NCBI GenBank assembly: GCA_049969675.1
Contig: JBMFOP010000021.1
Location: 1 to 34,407 of the forward strand
Direction: 5' to 3'
Source: Myxococcota bacterium
GTDB lineage: Bacteria; Myxococcota; SpSt-1050
DNA: 34,407 nucleotides
Both the position numbers and the translations under genes were made by a program. Shown one piece after another: positions 25,574 to 34,407 of this stretch (its first letter is position 1; the number at the start of each line of letters is the position of its first letter). The notes beneath the pieces are model-generated. The model had not been told where the DNA came from, made no database searches, and saw nothing but the letters and a program-made list of their open reading frames with translations.

Positions 25574-25912
25574 CTAATTCTTGATTCTCTTTTGGGCGCT
25601 CCGATACATATCGTAGAGCCTTGAGACAGATAATTTCATAAGTGAATTTTTATAATCCTCATCTATCTTCTTGCTCCCCGCCCTCTTTACTTTGAGGATG
25701 ATATCCACCATCTTATCTTTGCCCATCTCACTTACTTTTTTTGCATTATTATATAGTTTCATAAGTTTCTGATTTGTCTGTGATTTGAGCCTCTTCTCAA
25801 TATCATCTGGAAGTTTTTCATTCAGGGACTTCAATAGAGAGAGAATCTCAGATACAAGTTTCTCCTTTGAGCCGAATTCCTTCTTTACTCTTGCAAGCGG
25901 TGATAATTTCAT
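25574..25912 (-). CDS. Small basic hypothetical protein with an internal two-fold repeat
   Basis: GGAGG 6 nt before ATG 25912; Lys-rich; halves (FG)SKEKLVSEIL...RL...KLMKLY and MGKDKMVDIIL...SL...RLYDMY. Confidence 0.8.
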   Translation of the reverse strand: MKLSPLARVKKEFGSKEKLVSEILSLLKSLNEKLPDDIEKRLKSQTNQKLMKLYNNAKKVSEMGKDKMVDIILKVKRAGSKKIDEDYKNSLMKLSVSRLYDMYRSAQKRIKN

Positions 25913-25989
25913 ATTCATCCTCCATAAAAATCAGAGAATCGGCTTACTAACATAAATCTGTTATAAATGCAAATCTTTTTTATTATACC

Positions 25990-26135
25990 CTCACCTGTCC
26001 AAAATAAATTTTTTTGATATGGGGGCCTCAGTAGAATGAAATTATTTTATCAAACAAAACACTGAAATAAGGCTCCCTATTAATAACCCTATTAAAAGGA
26101 TTGAGTCTATTTGTATTGTAGTGGGAACATTTGAG
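25990..26135 (+). mobile_element. Degenerate member of the same terminal-repeat family (copy E)
   Basis: CTCACCTGTCCAAAATAA at 25990 is 14/18 identical to the copy D end; weak opposite end near 26135; internal stem 26021-26032/26061-26077. Confidence 0.35.
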
Positions 26136-26136
26136 T

Positions 26137-26799
26137 TTATGTCTTTGTCCTTACAATATCATTCCTTACATAAACTGGCTCAATATCAGAGGCATTTTTT
26201 AACATATTTGGGGAATTATACAACTTTAATGATAGCTCTGCGCAATCAGATGAAAGGTCTTTATCTATCTGAATATGGTTCATACTCCGTGGAATAAAAT
26301 CTTTTACCTCAATATCTCTATAGACTATCAGGAGATCTTCTTCTTTGATAAAGTTTGACAATTCATTGAATGGAATTATTCTTATGGGCATCTTCTCATT
26401 AAGTTCATTATCATATAAAGCGATAAAAAGTTCATCTCTTCGCGCATTACCTGTTATGAGAATATTTTTAGCCTCTCTGACCTTTCTGGATGCATAAGCC
26501 ATTACCTTAAATGTCTCAATCCCAAGAAGTGGTTTATTGAGCACCATTGCAAATGCCTTTAAGACTGAAAGGGAAACCCTGAGCCCGGTAAATGAACCTG
26601 GTCCCAGAACTGTTGTGAGGATATCAATATCAGAGAGCCTGATACCAGATTCAAATAAAGAACTTTCAAGGTGAGAATAGATGGATTCAGCCACTCTGTT
26701 GGTATTTTCAATTATTCTACGATACAATTTGCCCTGTTCGTTATCCAGTATTGTTATCCCGCCCGTCTCGGAAGATGTATCAATGGATAGGACTCTCAT
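26137..26799 (-). CDS. tsaB: tRNA threonylcarbamoyladenosine biosynthesis protein TsaB
   Basis: MRVLSIDTS, GPGSFTGLRV, NARRDE, EPVYVR. Confidence 0.92.
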   Translation of the reverse strand: MRVLSIDTSSETGGITILDNEQGKLYRRIIENTNRVAESIYSHLESSLFESGIRLSDIDILTTVLGPGSFTGLRVSLSVLKAFAMVLNKPLLGIETFKVMAYASRKVREAKNILITGNARRDELFIALYDNELNEKMPIRIIPFNELSNFIKEEDLLIVYRDIEVKDFIPRSMNHIQIDKDLSSDCAELSLKLYNSPNMLKNASDIEPVYVRNDIVRTKT

Positions 26800-28418
26800 T
26801 TAAAAATCCTTGAAAACATAGAGAGGATGTCGTCGCTATATCGTATGATATCGTTGAAAAGAACAAGCACTGTAAGTGTAAGAATTAAAATTATGCCTAT
26901 AAAATTAACCACAATCCTTGCCTTCATCGGGATTGGGCGGCGGGATATCATCTCAACAAGACTCATAACTATATGACCACCATCCAGAACCGGGAGAGGT
27001 AGAAGATTTATTATTCCGAGATTTATACTCAAAAGTGCCATAATGTGAAGGAAATAAGATATACCCTGTTTTGCGGCCTTACCGGCTATACCAAATATCA
27101 TAATCGGACCACCGACTGTCTTAAAGGATATCTGTCCTGAAAAGAGTTGATACACACCGAAGAGAGTCGTCTGTATAACATCAACTGTGTCATATATAGA
27201 ATCATATATTGCAGTAATCGGAGAAAAGCCCTTTTTTACTATTTCGCCATCGGTAAAATATGAGTTGTTTGATGCACCAAAGCGGAAGTAGTTGTACTCC
27301 TGCTTGAACTCATCTTTCTTTACCTGTCTCTCCAATTTTAATTTAATCTTGATAATCTCACCCCCCCTTAAGACATCAAATTCATGTTCTCTATCTGGCT
27401 CTTTTGCAAAATATGATTCAAGTTCTGCAAAATAAATAAGTCTGGAGCCGTTGATTGAGAGAAGCCTGTCTCCAATCCTGATCCCCGCCTTCTCTGCTGG
27501 GGAATCTTTTTCAACTTTGTATATATAAAGTTCAGACTGGTCAATACCAAGATTCTCCACTGAATCTGCCACAAACTTAATCTTGATATTCTTCTTATCT
27601 TCACCCCTTATTATCTCAGCCTCTACCTCTCTACCGATTTTCTCTTCCAATACTTTTTTTAACTTATAAAATGACTCTGTCTCTATACCATCAATCTTCC
27701 TTATCTGGTCCCATGACCTGAATCCATATTTATAGGCGGCTGAATTCTCATCGGAAATATAGATTGTTGAAGATGGCATATATGGACTTACACCTATTCT
27801 TCCCAGAATCTTTGAAAAGCCATAGCGGGAGACCTCTTTCTCCGCCGCAATACTAACAGTGAGTGGTATTATCTTCCCATCTCTCTCCACCTTTATTTCC
27901 ACTGTCCTGCCCGGTCTGGTGGAGATCTCCCGTAAGAGTTCTCTCCAGTAGTTGATCCTCTTCCCATCTACCTCAACTATCCTGTCGTAATGTTTCATCC
28001 CTGCCATCTCCGCAGGTCTCCCCTCCATTACCATCCCGATACGATTGGATATCTCCTGAGAGGGGAAGGCATATACAAGAAAATAAATCAAAAACGGAAA
28101 TAAGAGATTCATAAGCGGGCCGGCAAGCACAATCAGGAGCCTTCTAAACGGACTCTGATATAAAAATGAACGTTTGATCTCCTCCTGAGGGAGATCCTCT
28201 TCCTCTGGATTTTCCCCGAGCATCTTCACATATCCACCGAGAGGAATCCATGCCACCTGATAGATGGTCTCACCATATTTAAAAGAGAATATAGGGGCAC
28301 CAAAGCCCAAAGAGAATTTTAAGACCTTCACATTTAAGAGTTTTGCAACAATGAAGTGTCCAAATTCGTGAACAAATATCAATACCCCTATTAAAATTAT
28401 AAAAAAAATAAAACCCAT
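26796..28418 (-). CDS. rseP: RIP metalloprotease RseP with three PDZ domains
   Basis: HEFGH, FSLGFG, IPLGGYVKM, AGPLMN, three PDZ-like units, GGPI, NLLPLPVLDGG. Confidence 0.95.
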   Translation of the reverse strand: MGFIFFIILIGVLIFVHEFGHFIVAKLLNVKVLKFSLGFGAPIFSFKYGETIYQVAWIPLGGYVKMLGENPEEEDLPQEEIKRSFLYQSPFRRLLIVLAGPLMNLLFPFLIYFLVYAFPSQEISNRIGMVMEGRPAEMAGMKHYDRIVEVDGKRINYWRELLREISTRPGRTVEIKVERDGKIIPLTVSIAAEKEVSRYGFSKILGRIGVSPYMPSSTIYISDENSAAYKYGFRSWDQIRKIDGIETESFYKLKKVLEEKIGREVEAEIIRGEDKKNIKIKFVADSVENLGIDQSELYIYKVEKDSPAEKAGIRIGDRLLSINGSRLIYFAELESYFAKEPDREHEFDVLRGGEIIKIKLKLERQVKKDEFKQEYNYFRFGASNNSYFTDGEIVKKGFSPITAIYDSIYDTVDVIQTTLFGVYQLFSGQISFKTVGGPIMIFGIAGKAAKQGISYFLHIMALLSINLGIINLLPLPVLDGGHIVMSLVEMISRRPIPMKARIVVNFIGIILILTLTVLVLFNDIIRYSDDILSMFSRIFK

Positions 28419-29575
28419 TATAACCTCTTGTTTATATAACCTCTTAAAAATCTCTTTATATCCATATCAAAATTGAGGACATCCACAACCGTTTTGATGC
28501 TGAATGGTTTTATATGTTTCAGAGAATATTCAATTATATTGATGATATCTCCAAATCTGATAATCCCACTTAAAAAAGACTCAACGGCTATCTCATCCGC
28601 GGCATTGAAGACTATCCCTCTGTCCGGGTCCTCTTCAATAATCTCCCTTGATATCTCAACAGGTCTGTCAAATGGTTTACGTAACTTTTCAAAGGTAATA
28701 TCACCCATCTCACTTAGTAATGCCGAACTCAGAATATTCTCAAGCCTTTCTGGATAAGAGAGCGCATATCCTATCGGGATTCTCATATCTGTCGGTCCAA
28801 TATGTGCCAGATAAGAGCCATCTCTCATCTGAATCAGAGAGTGCACAATTGCCTGTGGATGTACAACCACCCTTATATCCTCTGAATTAAAGCCGAATAA
28901 GAAGTGTGCCTCTATCATTTCAAAGGCTTTATTAACCATCGTGGCTGAGTCAATAGAAACCTTCTTCCCCATCTTCCACCTTGGATGTCTGAGCACATCC
29001 TCTACTCTGGCATTCCTCATCTCTCTCTTACTCTTACCTCTAAAAGGACCACCGGTCGCTGTCAGAATAAGTTTTGAGATGGCATCTCTCCTCTCCTTTG
29101 AGAGAAGTTGAAATATGGCTGAGTGCTCTGAATCAACTGGTAAAATCTCTCCCTTCCTTTTCTTCAATACATCCATTACAAATCTGCCACCTGCCACCAG
29201 AGATTCTTTATTTGCGAGAGCCACTCTTATTCCAGAATCTATGGAATTTATGACACTTTCTAATCCCTTTATACCAGTTAATGCAATCAATATTATATCT
29301 ATCTTCCTGTCTGTTGAGACCTCTTTCAGACCTTCATCTCCAATCAGGATCTTGACCCGAGATCCATTAAGAAGCCTTTTTAATTCAGATGCCTTCTCCT
29401 CCTGCATCAGGACTACTTTTTCAGGATGAAATCTCTTTATCTGCTGATGTAACAGACTTATATTGCTATTTGCAGAAAGGGCATAGACAGAGAACCTGTC
29501 CAGATTCTTTTCAATAACAGATAGAGCCTGTGTCCCGATTGAACCTGTTGAACCAAGTATTGCTACATTTTTCAT
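28418..29575 (-). CDS. dxr: 1-deoxy-D-xylulose-5-phosphate reductoisomerase
   Basis: LGSTGSIG, LANKESLV, PVDSEHSA, HPRWKMGKK..DSATM.NK..E, PTDMRIPI. Confidence 0.97.
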   Translation of the reverse strand: MKNVAILGSTGSIGTQALSVIEKNLDRFSVYALSANSNISLLHQQIKRFHPEKVVLMQEEKASELKRLLNGSRVKILIGDEGLKEVSTDRKIDIILIALTGIKGLESVINSIDSGIRVALANKESLVAGGRFVMDVLKKRKGEILPVDSEHSAIFQLLSKERRDAISKLILTATGGPFRGKSKREMRNARVEDVLRHPRWKMGKKVSIDSATMVNKAFEMIEAHFLFGFNSEDIRVVVHPQAIVHSLIQMRDGSYLAHIGPTDMRIPIGYALSYPERLENILSSALLSEMGDITFEKLRKPFDRPVEISREIIEEDPDRGIVFNAADEIAVESFLSGIIRFGDIINIIEYSLKHIKPFSIKTVVDVLNFDMDIKRFLRGYINKRL

Positions 29576-30369
29576 AATATAAACCTGAGAAGAAGATACA
29601 TCACAGGTGCAGAGAAGATTATGGCATCAACCCTGTCCAGCATCCCTCCATGCCCGGGTATCAAATCACCAGAATCCTTAACTCCTCTATCCCTCTTGAA
29701 CATCGATTCAAAGAGGTCACCTGCCTGCCCAATCAGATTCACCAGCACACCGACAAGCAATACGAAGTCAATAGAAGGACTCTTCTTAAAAAAAAGTGCG
29801 ATAATATATACACCAATTATGCCACCCACAACCCCACCGATAGAACCCTCAATGGTCTTCCTGGGGGATATCATCTCGTAGAGTTTGTGTCTCCCTATTG
29901 ATTTGCCGATAAAATAAGCAAATGTATCGGATAGCCATATAACTGCAAGGAAGGTAAATAGATAATAAAATCCGTTCTCTCTATCATAATTACGAATCAG
30001 AGGAATAAAAGATGGAAAGAGCCCTATATACATCATCCCTGCAAATAAGTACCCGAGCTTTGCTGATGCACCCTTGATATCTTTAATTGAGAATAATGTA
30101 TATAGTGCTGCTGCCATCAATATCAAAGTAATCAGGAATAATGCATTTTCATTCGGATGACAGAGAACTCCATATACAACAAGTGTAAAAATTATTGCGA
30201 GTATAAAGTCAAATCTTTCAAATCCAAGCATCTTATAATATTCAATGGCACAAAGTAGCACCACAACTCCCACAAGGAGTTCAAGATAGATTGCACCCTT
30301 ATATACCAAAAAAATAACTGGAGGTAGTAATATCAGGGCTGAAATCAACCTTTTTATAAAATTTCCCAT
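29572..30369 (-). CDS. cdsA: Phosphatidate cytidylyltransferase
   Basis: Multi-TM; DTFAYF.G, ISPRKTIEG, GDLFESMFKR..GVKDSG.LIPGHGG.LDR.D. Confidence 0.96.
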   Translation of the reverse strand: MGNFIKRLISALILLPPVIFLVYKGAIYLELLVGVVVLLCAIEYYKMLGFERFDFILAIIFTLVVYGVLCHPNENALFLITLILMAAALYTLFSIKDIKGASAKLGYLFAGMMYIGLFPSFIPLIRNYDRENGFYYLFTFLAVIWLSDTFAYFIGKSIGRHKLYEMISPRKTIEGSIGGVVGGIIGVYIIALFFKKSPSIDFVLLVGVLVNLIGQAGDLFESMFKRDRGVKDSGDLIPGHGGMLDRVDAIIFSAPVMYLLLRFIL

Positions 30370-30378
30370 AACTCCAAA

Positions 30379-31122
30379 TTAAACAAGAGAGATTGCCCTT
30401 CCAAATCTCCTCTGTCTATTCTGAAATTCAATTATTGCCTCTTTTAGGTCCAGTGGAGTAAAGTCGGGCCACTTCTTTTCAACAAATATAAATTCAGTAT
30501 AAGATATCTGATACAACAGGAAGTTTGATACCCTCTTCTCCCCCCCGGTCCTGATGAGTATATCCGGGTCTGGCATATCAGCAGTAAAGAGATAATCCTT
30601 GAATCTCTCCTCTGTTATATCATCTGGCACAATCTTCTTCTCAGAATAGTCCCTTATTATTGATTTTACTGCATTAACAATCTCGTCTCTTGAACCATAA
30701 CTGAGGGCTAAAGTGAGCACCATAGAGGTATTTTTAGATGACTCCTCCATCACAGAGTTGAGCCTCTCTCTTACAAAATCTGGCAGGTCCATTAAATTGC
30801 CAATCGCATTTAACCTAATATCATTTTTCATTATTTTTTCTCGTTTGTCCCGTAAAAAATCCGCAAGCAGGTTCATCAAAAACGAGACCTCTTCAGGGTC
30901 TCTCTGCCAGTTTTCAGTTGAGAAGGCATAAAGGGTGAGATATTTAATCCCTATCTCCCGTGCATAAGTTGTAATACTATCTACAACCTCTCCACCCTTT
31001 TTATGCCCTTCAATCCGCTTCAGTCCCCTCTCATTTGCCCACCTGCCATTCCCATCCATTATTATTGCGATATGGGCAGGGAGTCTCTTGGGGTCTATTC
31101 CGATGTTCTTTTCAGAAGACAT
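30379..31122 (-). CDS. uppS: Undecaprenyl diphosphate synthase (isoprenyl transferase)
   Basis: HIAIIMDGNGRWA, YAFSTENW, LSYGSR, PDPDILIRTGGEKRVSNFLL, RQRRFG. Confidence 0.97.
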   Translation of the reverse strand: MSSEKNIGIDPKRLPAHIAIIMDGNGRWANERGLKRIEGHKKGGEVVDSITTYAREIGIKYLTLYAFSTENWQRDPEEVSFLMNLLADFLRDKREKIMKNDIRLNAIGNLMDLPDFVRERLNSVMEESSKNTSMVLTLALSYGSRDEIVNAVKSIIRDYSEKKIVPDDITEERFKDYLFTADMPDPDILIRTGGEKRVSNFLLYQISYTEFIFVEKKWPDFTPLDLKEAIIEFQNRQRRFGRAISLV

Positions 31123-31128
31123 CAATCC

Positions 31129-31692
31129 TTAAATCTCTAAAAGTTCCTTCTCTTTGGCTGCAACAATCTCATCTATTCTGGTTATGGCTGCATCTGTCTC
31201 CTTCTGAATCTTCTCAATAGATCTCTTGGAGTCATCTTCAGTTATCTTTGAGGACTTCTCCATACTCTTTATCTTATCATTGCTCTCTCTTCTAAAGTTG
31301 CGGATCTCAACCTTGCACTCCTCTGCCATCTTCCTTACCTGTTTGATAAGGTCCTTTCTCTTCTCCTCTGTAAGAGGTGGAAAAGGAACCCTTATTACAT
31401 CGCCCTGTGTTGATGGCGTAACCCCAATATCAGAGGCAAGAATAGCCTTTTCTACAGCCGAGACGGCGTTTCTATCCCAGACCTTGAGCATAATAAGATT
31501 CGGTTCAGGGATACTGACTGTTGCAACCTGATTTATTGGCACCTGATTCCCGTAGTAATCTACCTTGACACCATCCAGAATTTGAACATTTGCCCTGCCG
31601 GTTCTGAGTCGGGCGACATTCTTTGCATAAACATCTATAGCACGATTTACCTTGCCCTTAAATTCATTAAAAATACTATCAATACTTTCCAT
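31129..31692 (-). CDS. frr: Ribosome recycling factor
   Basis: LRTGRAN, VDYYG, FPPLTEEKRK, KVEIRNFRR. Start is ATG 31692 or TTG 31698. Confidence 0.97.
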   Translation of the reverse strand: MESIDSIFNEFKGKVNRAIDVYAKNVARLRTGRANVQILDGVKVDYYGNQVPINQVATVSIPEPNLIMLKVWDRNAVSAVEKAILASDIGVTPSTQGDVIRVPFPPLTEEKRKDLIKQVRKMAEECKVEIRNFRRESNDKIKSMEKSSKITEDDSKRSIEKIQKETDAAITRIDEIVAAKEKELLEI

Positions 31693-31716
31693 TGACAAAA
31701 CACTCCTTGAAAAGGT

Positions 31717-32451
31717 TTATGCCTCTTTCTTCAAACTTCCAACAATCGTCCCAATATCTTCACCCTTAATTACCTTAACAATATTTCCTTTAACTAACAA
31801 GTTAAAAACGACAATGGGAAGATTATTGTCCATACAGAGTGAGACTGCTGTGGAATCCATAACCTTAAGACCCTTTTTCAGCACATCCAGATAGGTAAGT
31901 CTCTTAAATCTCTCAGCCGCTTTATTAATTTCAGGATCCGAATCATATATCCCATCTACCTTGGTTGCCTTAAAAATGGCATCAGCCTTTACCTCTATAG
32001 CCCTCAGGGCAGCTGCTGTATCTGTTGTAAAATAGGGATTCCCTGTACCCGCGGCAAATATCACCACCCTTCCCTTTTCCAGATGACTGATAGCCCTCTT
32101 CCTGATATACGGTTCACAGAGCTGATTTATATCAATTGCAGATTGAACTCTTGTTTGCACTCCCATCTTCTCAAATGCACTTGAGAGTGCGAGCGCATTC
32201 ATAACTGTTGCAAGCATACCTATCTGGTCGGCGGTGACCCTCTCAATCAGTGAAGATGTACCAGCCCTGACACCTCTAAAGAAGTTGCCACCACCCACAA
32301 CGAGGGCGAGTTGAACACCCATCCCAACTACTTCTTTCAATTCTGTTACGACAGACCCAAGCGTCTTCTCATCTATCCCAGACTTTGTCCCACCAGAGAG
32401 TGCCTCGCCAGAGAGTTTAATTAAGACCCTTTTATAAACCGAGTTGCTCAT
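31717..32451 (-). CDS. pyrH: UMP kinase
   Basis: [43 protein letters not shown]. Confidence 0.98.
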   Translation of the reverse strand: MSNSVYKRVLIKLSGEALSGGTKSGIDEKTLGSVVTELKEVVGMGVQLALVVGGGNFFRGVRAGTSSLIERVTADQIGMLATVMNALALSSAFEKMGVQTRVQSAIDINQLCEPYIRKRAISHLEKGRVVIFAAGTGNPYFTTDTAAALRAIEVKADAIFKATKVDGIYDSDPEINKAAERFKRLTYLDVLKKGLKVMDSTAVSLCMDNNLPIVVFNLLVKGNIVKVIKGEDIGTIVGSLKKEA

Positions 32452-33050
32452 TTTGAGGTTTCACCAAGCTGAAATCTTGCAAATCTTCTCACAACAATAT
32501 TCTCACCAAGCTTTGCAATCAATTCCTTTAAGAGGTCACCTATCTTCTTCTTATCATCTCTGATATATGGCTGGTCAAGTAGACAGACCTCCTCATAGAA
32601 CTTCTCAATCTTACCAGCGACTATCTTTTCAATAACCTGAGCCGGCTTCTTCTGATCCTCAAGCTGCTTTGTATATATCTCTTTCTCCTTTGCAATCACC
32701 TCCTCCGGCACCTCTTCCCTGCTTACATATCTTGGGTTTGCTGCCGCAATCTGCATTGCTACCTCATGCATAAATTTCTGGAAGTCCTCTGTCTTAGCCA
32801 CAAAATCCGTCTCACAATTTACTTCAAGGAGCACTCCAATCTTTCCATTCATATGAATATATGAACCTATCGCGCCCTGTGATGCAACCTTTGCACTCCT
32901 CTTCTGAGCAGTAGCAAGCCCCTTCTCTCTCAATAGCTCAATAGCCTTATTGATATCACCGTTTGCCTTCTCAAGTGCGTTCTTGCAATCCAGCATACCA
33001 GCACCTGTCTTCTCTCTCAATTCCTTCACTAAATCCATACTAATAGCCAT
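32448..33050 (-). CDS. tsf: Elongation factor Ts (short, 200-aa form)
   Basis: [38 protein letters not shown]. Confidence 0.98.
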   Translation of the reverse strand: MAISMDLVKELREKTGAGMLDCKNALEKANGDINKAIELLREKGLATAQKRSAKVASQGAIGSYIHMNGKIGVLLEVNCETDFVAKTEDFQKFMHEVAMQIAAANPRYVSREEVPEEVIAKEKEIYTKQLEDQKKPAQVIEKIVAGKIEKFYEEVCLLDQPYIRDDKKKIGDLLKELIAKLGENIVVRRFARFQLGETSK

Positions 33051-33076
33051 AACAAACCTCCTGATTACAGAGTTAT

Positions 33077-34009
33077 TTAATTCTGTCCATTATTCTCTTC
33101 ACCTGTCTGTAACTCTCTCTCCTTTAGAATTGCCTCTGCCTCCTTCTGCGCCTCCTCCTCTATACTCTCTTCCTCTTCAATCTCCTTTGCAACATGCTGA
33201 GGTATCGCTGTCCTCTTTCTCTTCTTAATTACCTCAACATCAAAGCCGGGCTTTCTACCTCTCTCATGACGCTCCTCTTCCTTCTTATCTTTCTCTTTCG
33301 CCCTCGCCTCCTTCACTACCTCTTCATATTTTTTAAGTCCTTCAAGACAGGCATCGGCGATCTTTGAAGCAAAGAGCTGGATAGATTTTATTCCATCGTC
33401 ATTGCCCGGAATCAAAAAATCAATTCCATCCGGATCACAGTTTGTATCGGCAAGTACAACAATCGGGATACCAAGTTTAATAGCCTCATTCTTTGCGATA
33501 TACTCTTTTGTTGCATCCACCAGAAAGAGGGCACCGGGGAGCTTTGACATCTCTTTTATTCCACCGAGGGAGTTTAAGAGCCTCGCCTTCTCCTTCAACA
33601 GATTGCTCACCTCCTTCTTTGGTAATTTTGAAAAGGTCCCGTCTGTCTCCATCTTCTCAATGTTCTTCAGCCTATCAATAGACTTTCTGATGGTGGTGAA
33701 ATTTGTAAGAGTGCCTCCCAGCCATCTCTCTGTTACATAAAACATATTTGCCCTGATGGCTTCGTTCTTAATCACATCAGCCGCCTGTCTCTTCGTCCCA
33801 ACAAAGAGCACCTTGTGACCATTTCCTACGGTCTCAACTATAAAATTGTATGCTGTATCAAAAAGTGCCTGCGTCTTCTGAAGGTCAAGTATATGAATAC
33901 CATTCCTCTCTCCGAAGATATAAGGTCTCATTTTGGGATTCCATCGTCTGGTCTGGTGGCCAAAGTGAACACCAGCCTCCAGCATCTCTTTTAGTGAAAT
34001 TACCGGCAT
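33077..34009 (-). CDS. rpsB: 30S ribosomal protein S2 with a long charged C-terminal extension
   Basis: [47 protein letters not shown] 34009 follows AGGAGG. Confidence 0.98.
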   Translation of the reverse strand: MPVISLKEMLEAGVHFGHQTRRWNPKMRPYIFGERNGIHILDLQKTQALFDTAYNFIVETVGNGHKVLFVGTKRQAADVIKNEAIRANMFYVTERWLGGTLTNFTTIRKSIDRLKNIEKMETDGTFSKLPKKEVSNLLKEKARLLNSLGGIKEMSKLPGALFLVDATKEYIAKNEAIKLGIPIVVLADTNCDPDGIDFLIPGNDDGIKSIQLFASKIADACLEGLKKYEEVVKEARAKEKDKKEEERHERGRKPGFDVEVIKKRKRTAIPQHVAKEIEEEESIEEEAQKEAEAILKERELQTGEENNGQN

Positions 34010-34029
34010 CTTTTTACCTCCTGAAAAAT

Positions 34030-34100
34030 GGTTTAAGCCTCCAGCTCCGTCATCAGATGCGGGACCAGAAAGGAACCACCGCACCCTCGGGGGCTGTGTG
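34030..34100 (-). ncRNA. rpsB 5' leader (t44/S2 autoregulatory RNA)
   Basis: Minus strand CACACAGC...GAGGGUGCGG...CCGCAUC-UGAUG...GCUGGAGGC-UUAAACC directly upstream of the rpsB RBS; GC-rich stems in an AT-rich background. Confidence 0.75.
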
Positions 34101-34111
34101 AAATTGAACCG

Positions 34112-34140
34112 CCTTTAACACAATAATTATAAATCTTCAA
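34112..34140 (-). promoter_or_regulatory. Candidate rpsB-operon promoter (TTGAAG-N17-TAAAGG with extended TG)
   Basis: TTGAAG ATTTATAATTATTGTGT TAAAGG CGG, about 11 nt before the leader. Confidence 0.4.
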
Positions 34141-34276
34141 GCAAAAAAATCCTACCCACTATTTACAGGTTCTGCCAAACAACTAATAGATATGATTCTT
34201 TGGCTCTCCTACCATTAAGTATATACCAGATTCTTCTAAAGCCACAAATCTCAAATTCACAAATAACTCTAAACAT

Positions 34277-34407
34277 CACTGCTGTCCAAAATAATCTTCT
34301 TTGAGAATTTAACTATTTGTAAAATAAGGGTTTTGGACGGATAAATTTGCCTCGTAAAATTCATGCTTTGAAATCTCAAGAATTTGTCCAAAAATACTGC
34401 TATACTT
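34277..34407 (-). mobile_element. IS4-like element end (copy F), probably continuing past the window
   Basis: CACTGCTGTCCAAAATAATC...TGTAAAATAAGGGTTTTGGACGG, the best-preserved copy, with an internal inverted repeat GTCCAAAA/TTTTGGAC. Confidence 0.65.

Noticed and set aside
26137..28418. Absence of bamA after rseP as an anomaly
   Set aside because: rseP followed by tsaB is an ordinary arrangement in deltaproteobacterial lineages.
11434..34084. N-terminal extensions in the ORF track (FadL 11475, lipoprotein 12980, 18216, kinase 25161, rpsB 34084)
   Set aside because: Downstream starts have clear RBSs and give proper signal peptides or conserved N-termini; the rpsB extension is the structured leader RNA.
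1367..34101. Numerous 60-185 aa ORFs antisense or out of frame within long genes (e.g. 3450-4007, 17693-18073, 24706-25155, 33402-33740)
   Set aside because: Fully nested in well-supported CDSs, with the Ser/Ile/Phe-rich composition typical of shadow ORFs.
34163..34276. 37-aa minus-strand ORF (MFRVICEFE...) upstream of the rpsB promoter
   Set aside because: No RBS, begins at the edge of repeat F, no recognisable similarity.
499..34407. CRISPR array from the recurring CTGTCCAAAATAA motif
   Set aside because: Copies are kilobases apart, in both orientations and degenerate; no regular spacers and no cas genes.

Overview
AT-rich bacterial chromosomal segment with Myxococcota/deltaproteobacterial gene content. 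Right end (- strand): conserved rpsB leader-rpsB-tsf-pyrH-frr-uppS-cdsA-dxr-rseP-tsaB cluster, then a small basic protein. Centre (- strand): a tightly packed putative signalling operon made of an HRDVSPQN-type Ser/Thr kinase with 4 PEGA domains, a 67-aa protein, dapF, a REC-GAF-degenerate GGDEF protein (intact I-site), a REC-DUF4388 protein with a possible pseudo-GTPase tail, an unknown exported protein and a Zn-ribbon/tandem-FHA protein. Next come a Cys-rich 7-blade propeller lipoprotein, a lipoprotein with two VolA/Pla-1-like N-terminal modules but no lipase domain paired with a FadL porin, and a hybrid histidine kinase. Left end: radical SAM + ArsP_2/DUF2899-type transporter, nadK-recN-FecR-domain gene, divergent glgC (possibly leaderless) and a frameshifted membrane-protein gene. 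Most large intergenic gaps hold decayed ends of one IS4-like element family, plus transposase and AAA-ATPase gene fragments that the ORF track misses and one GTAG-type REP. No rRNA, tRNA or CRISPR array was seen. Family assignments come from motif recognition by eye and need HMM confirmation.
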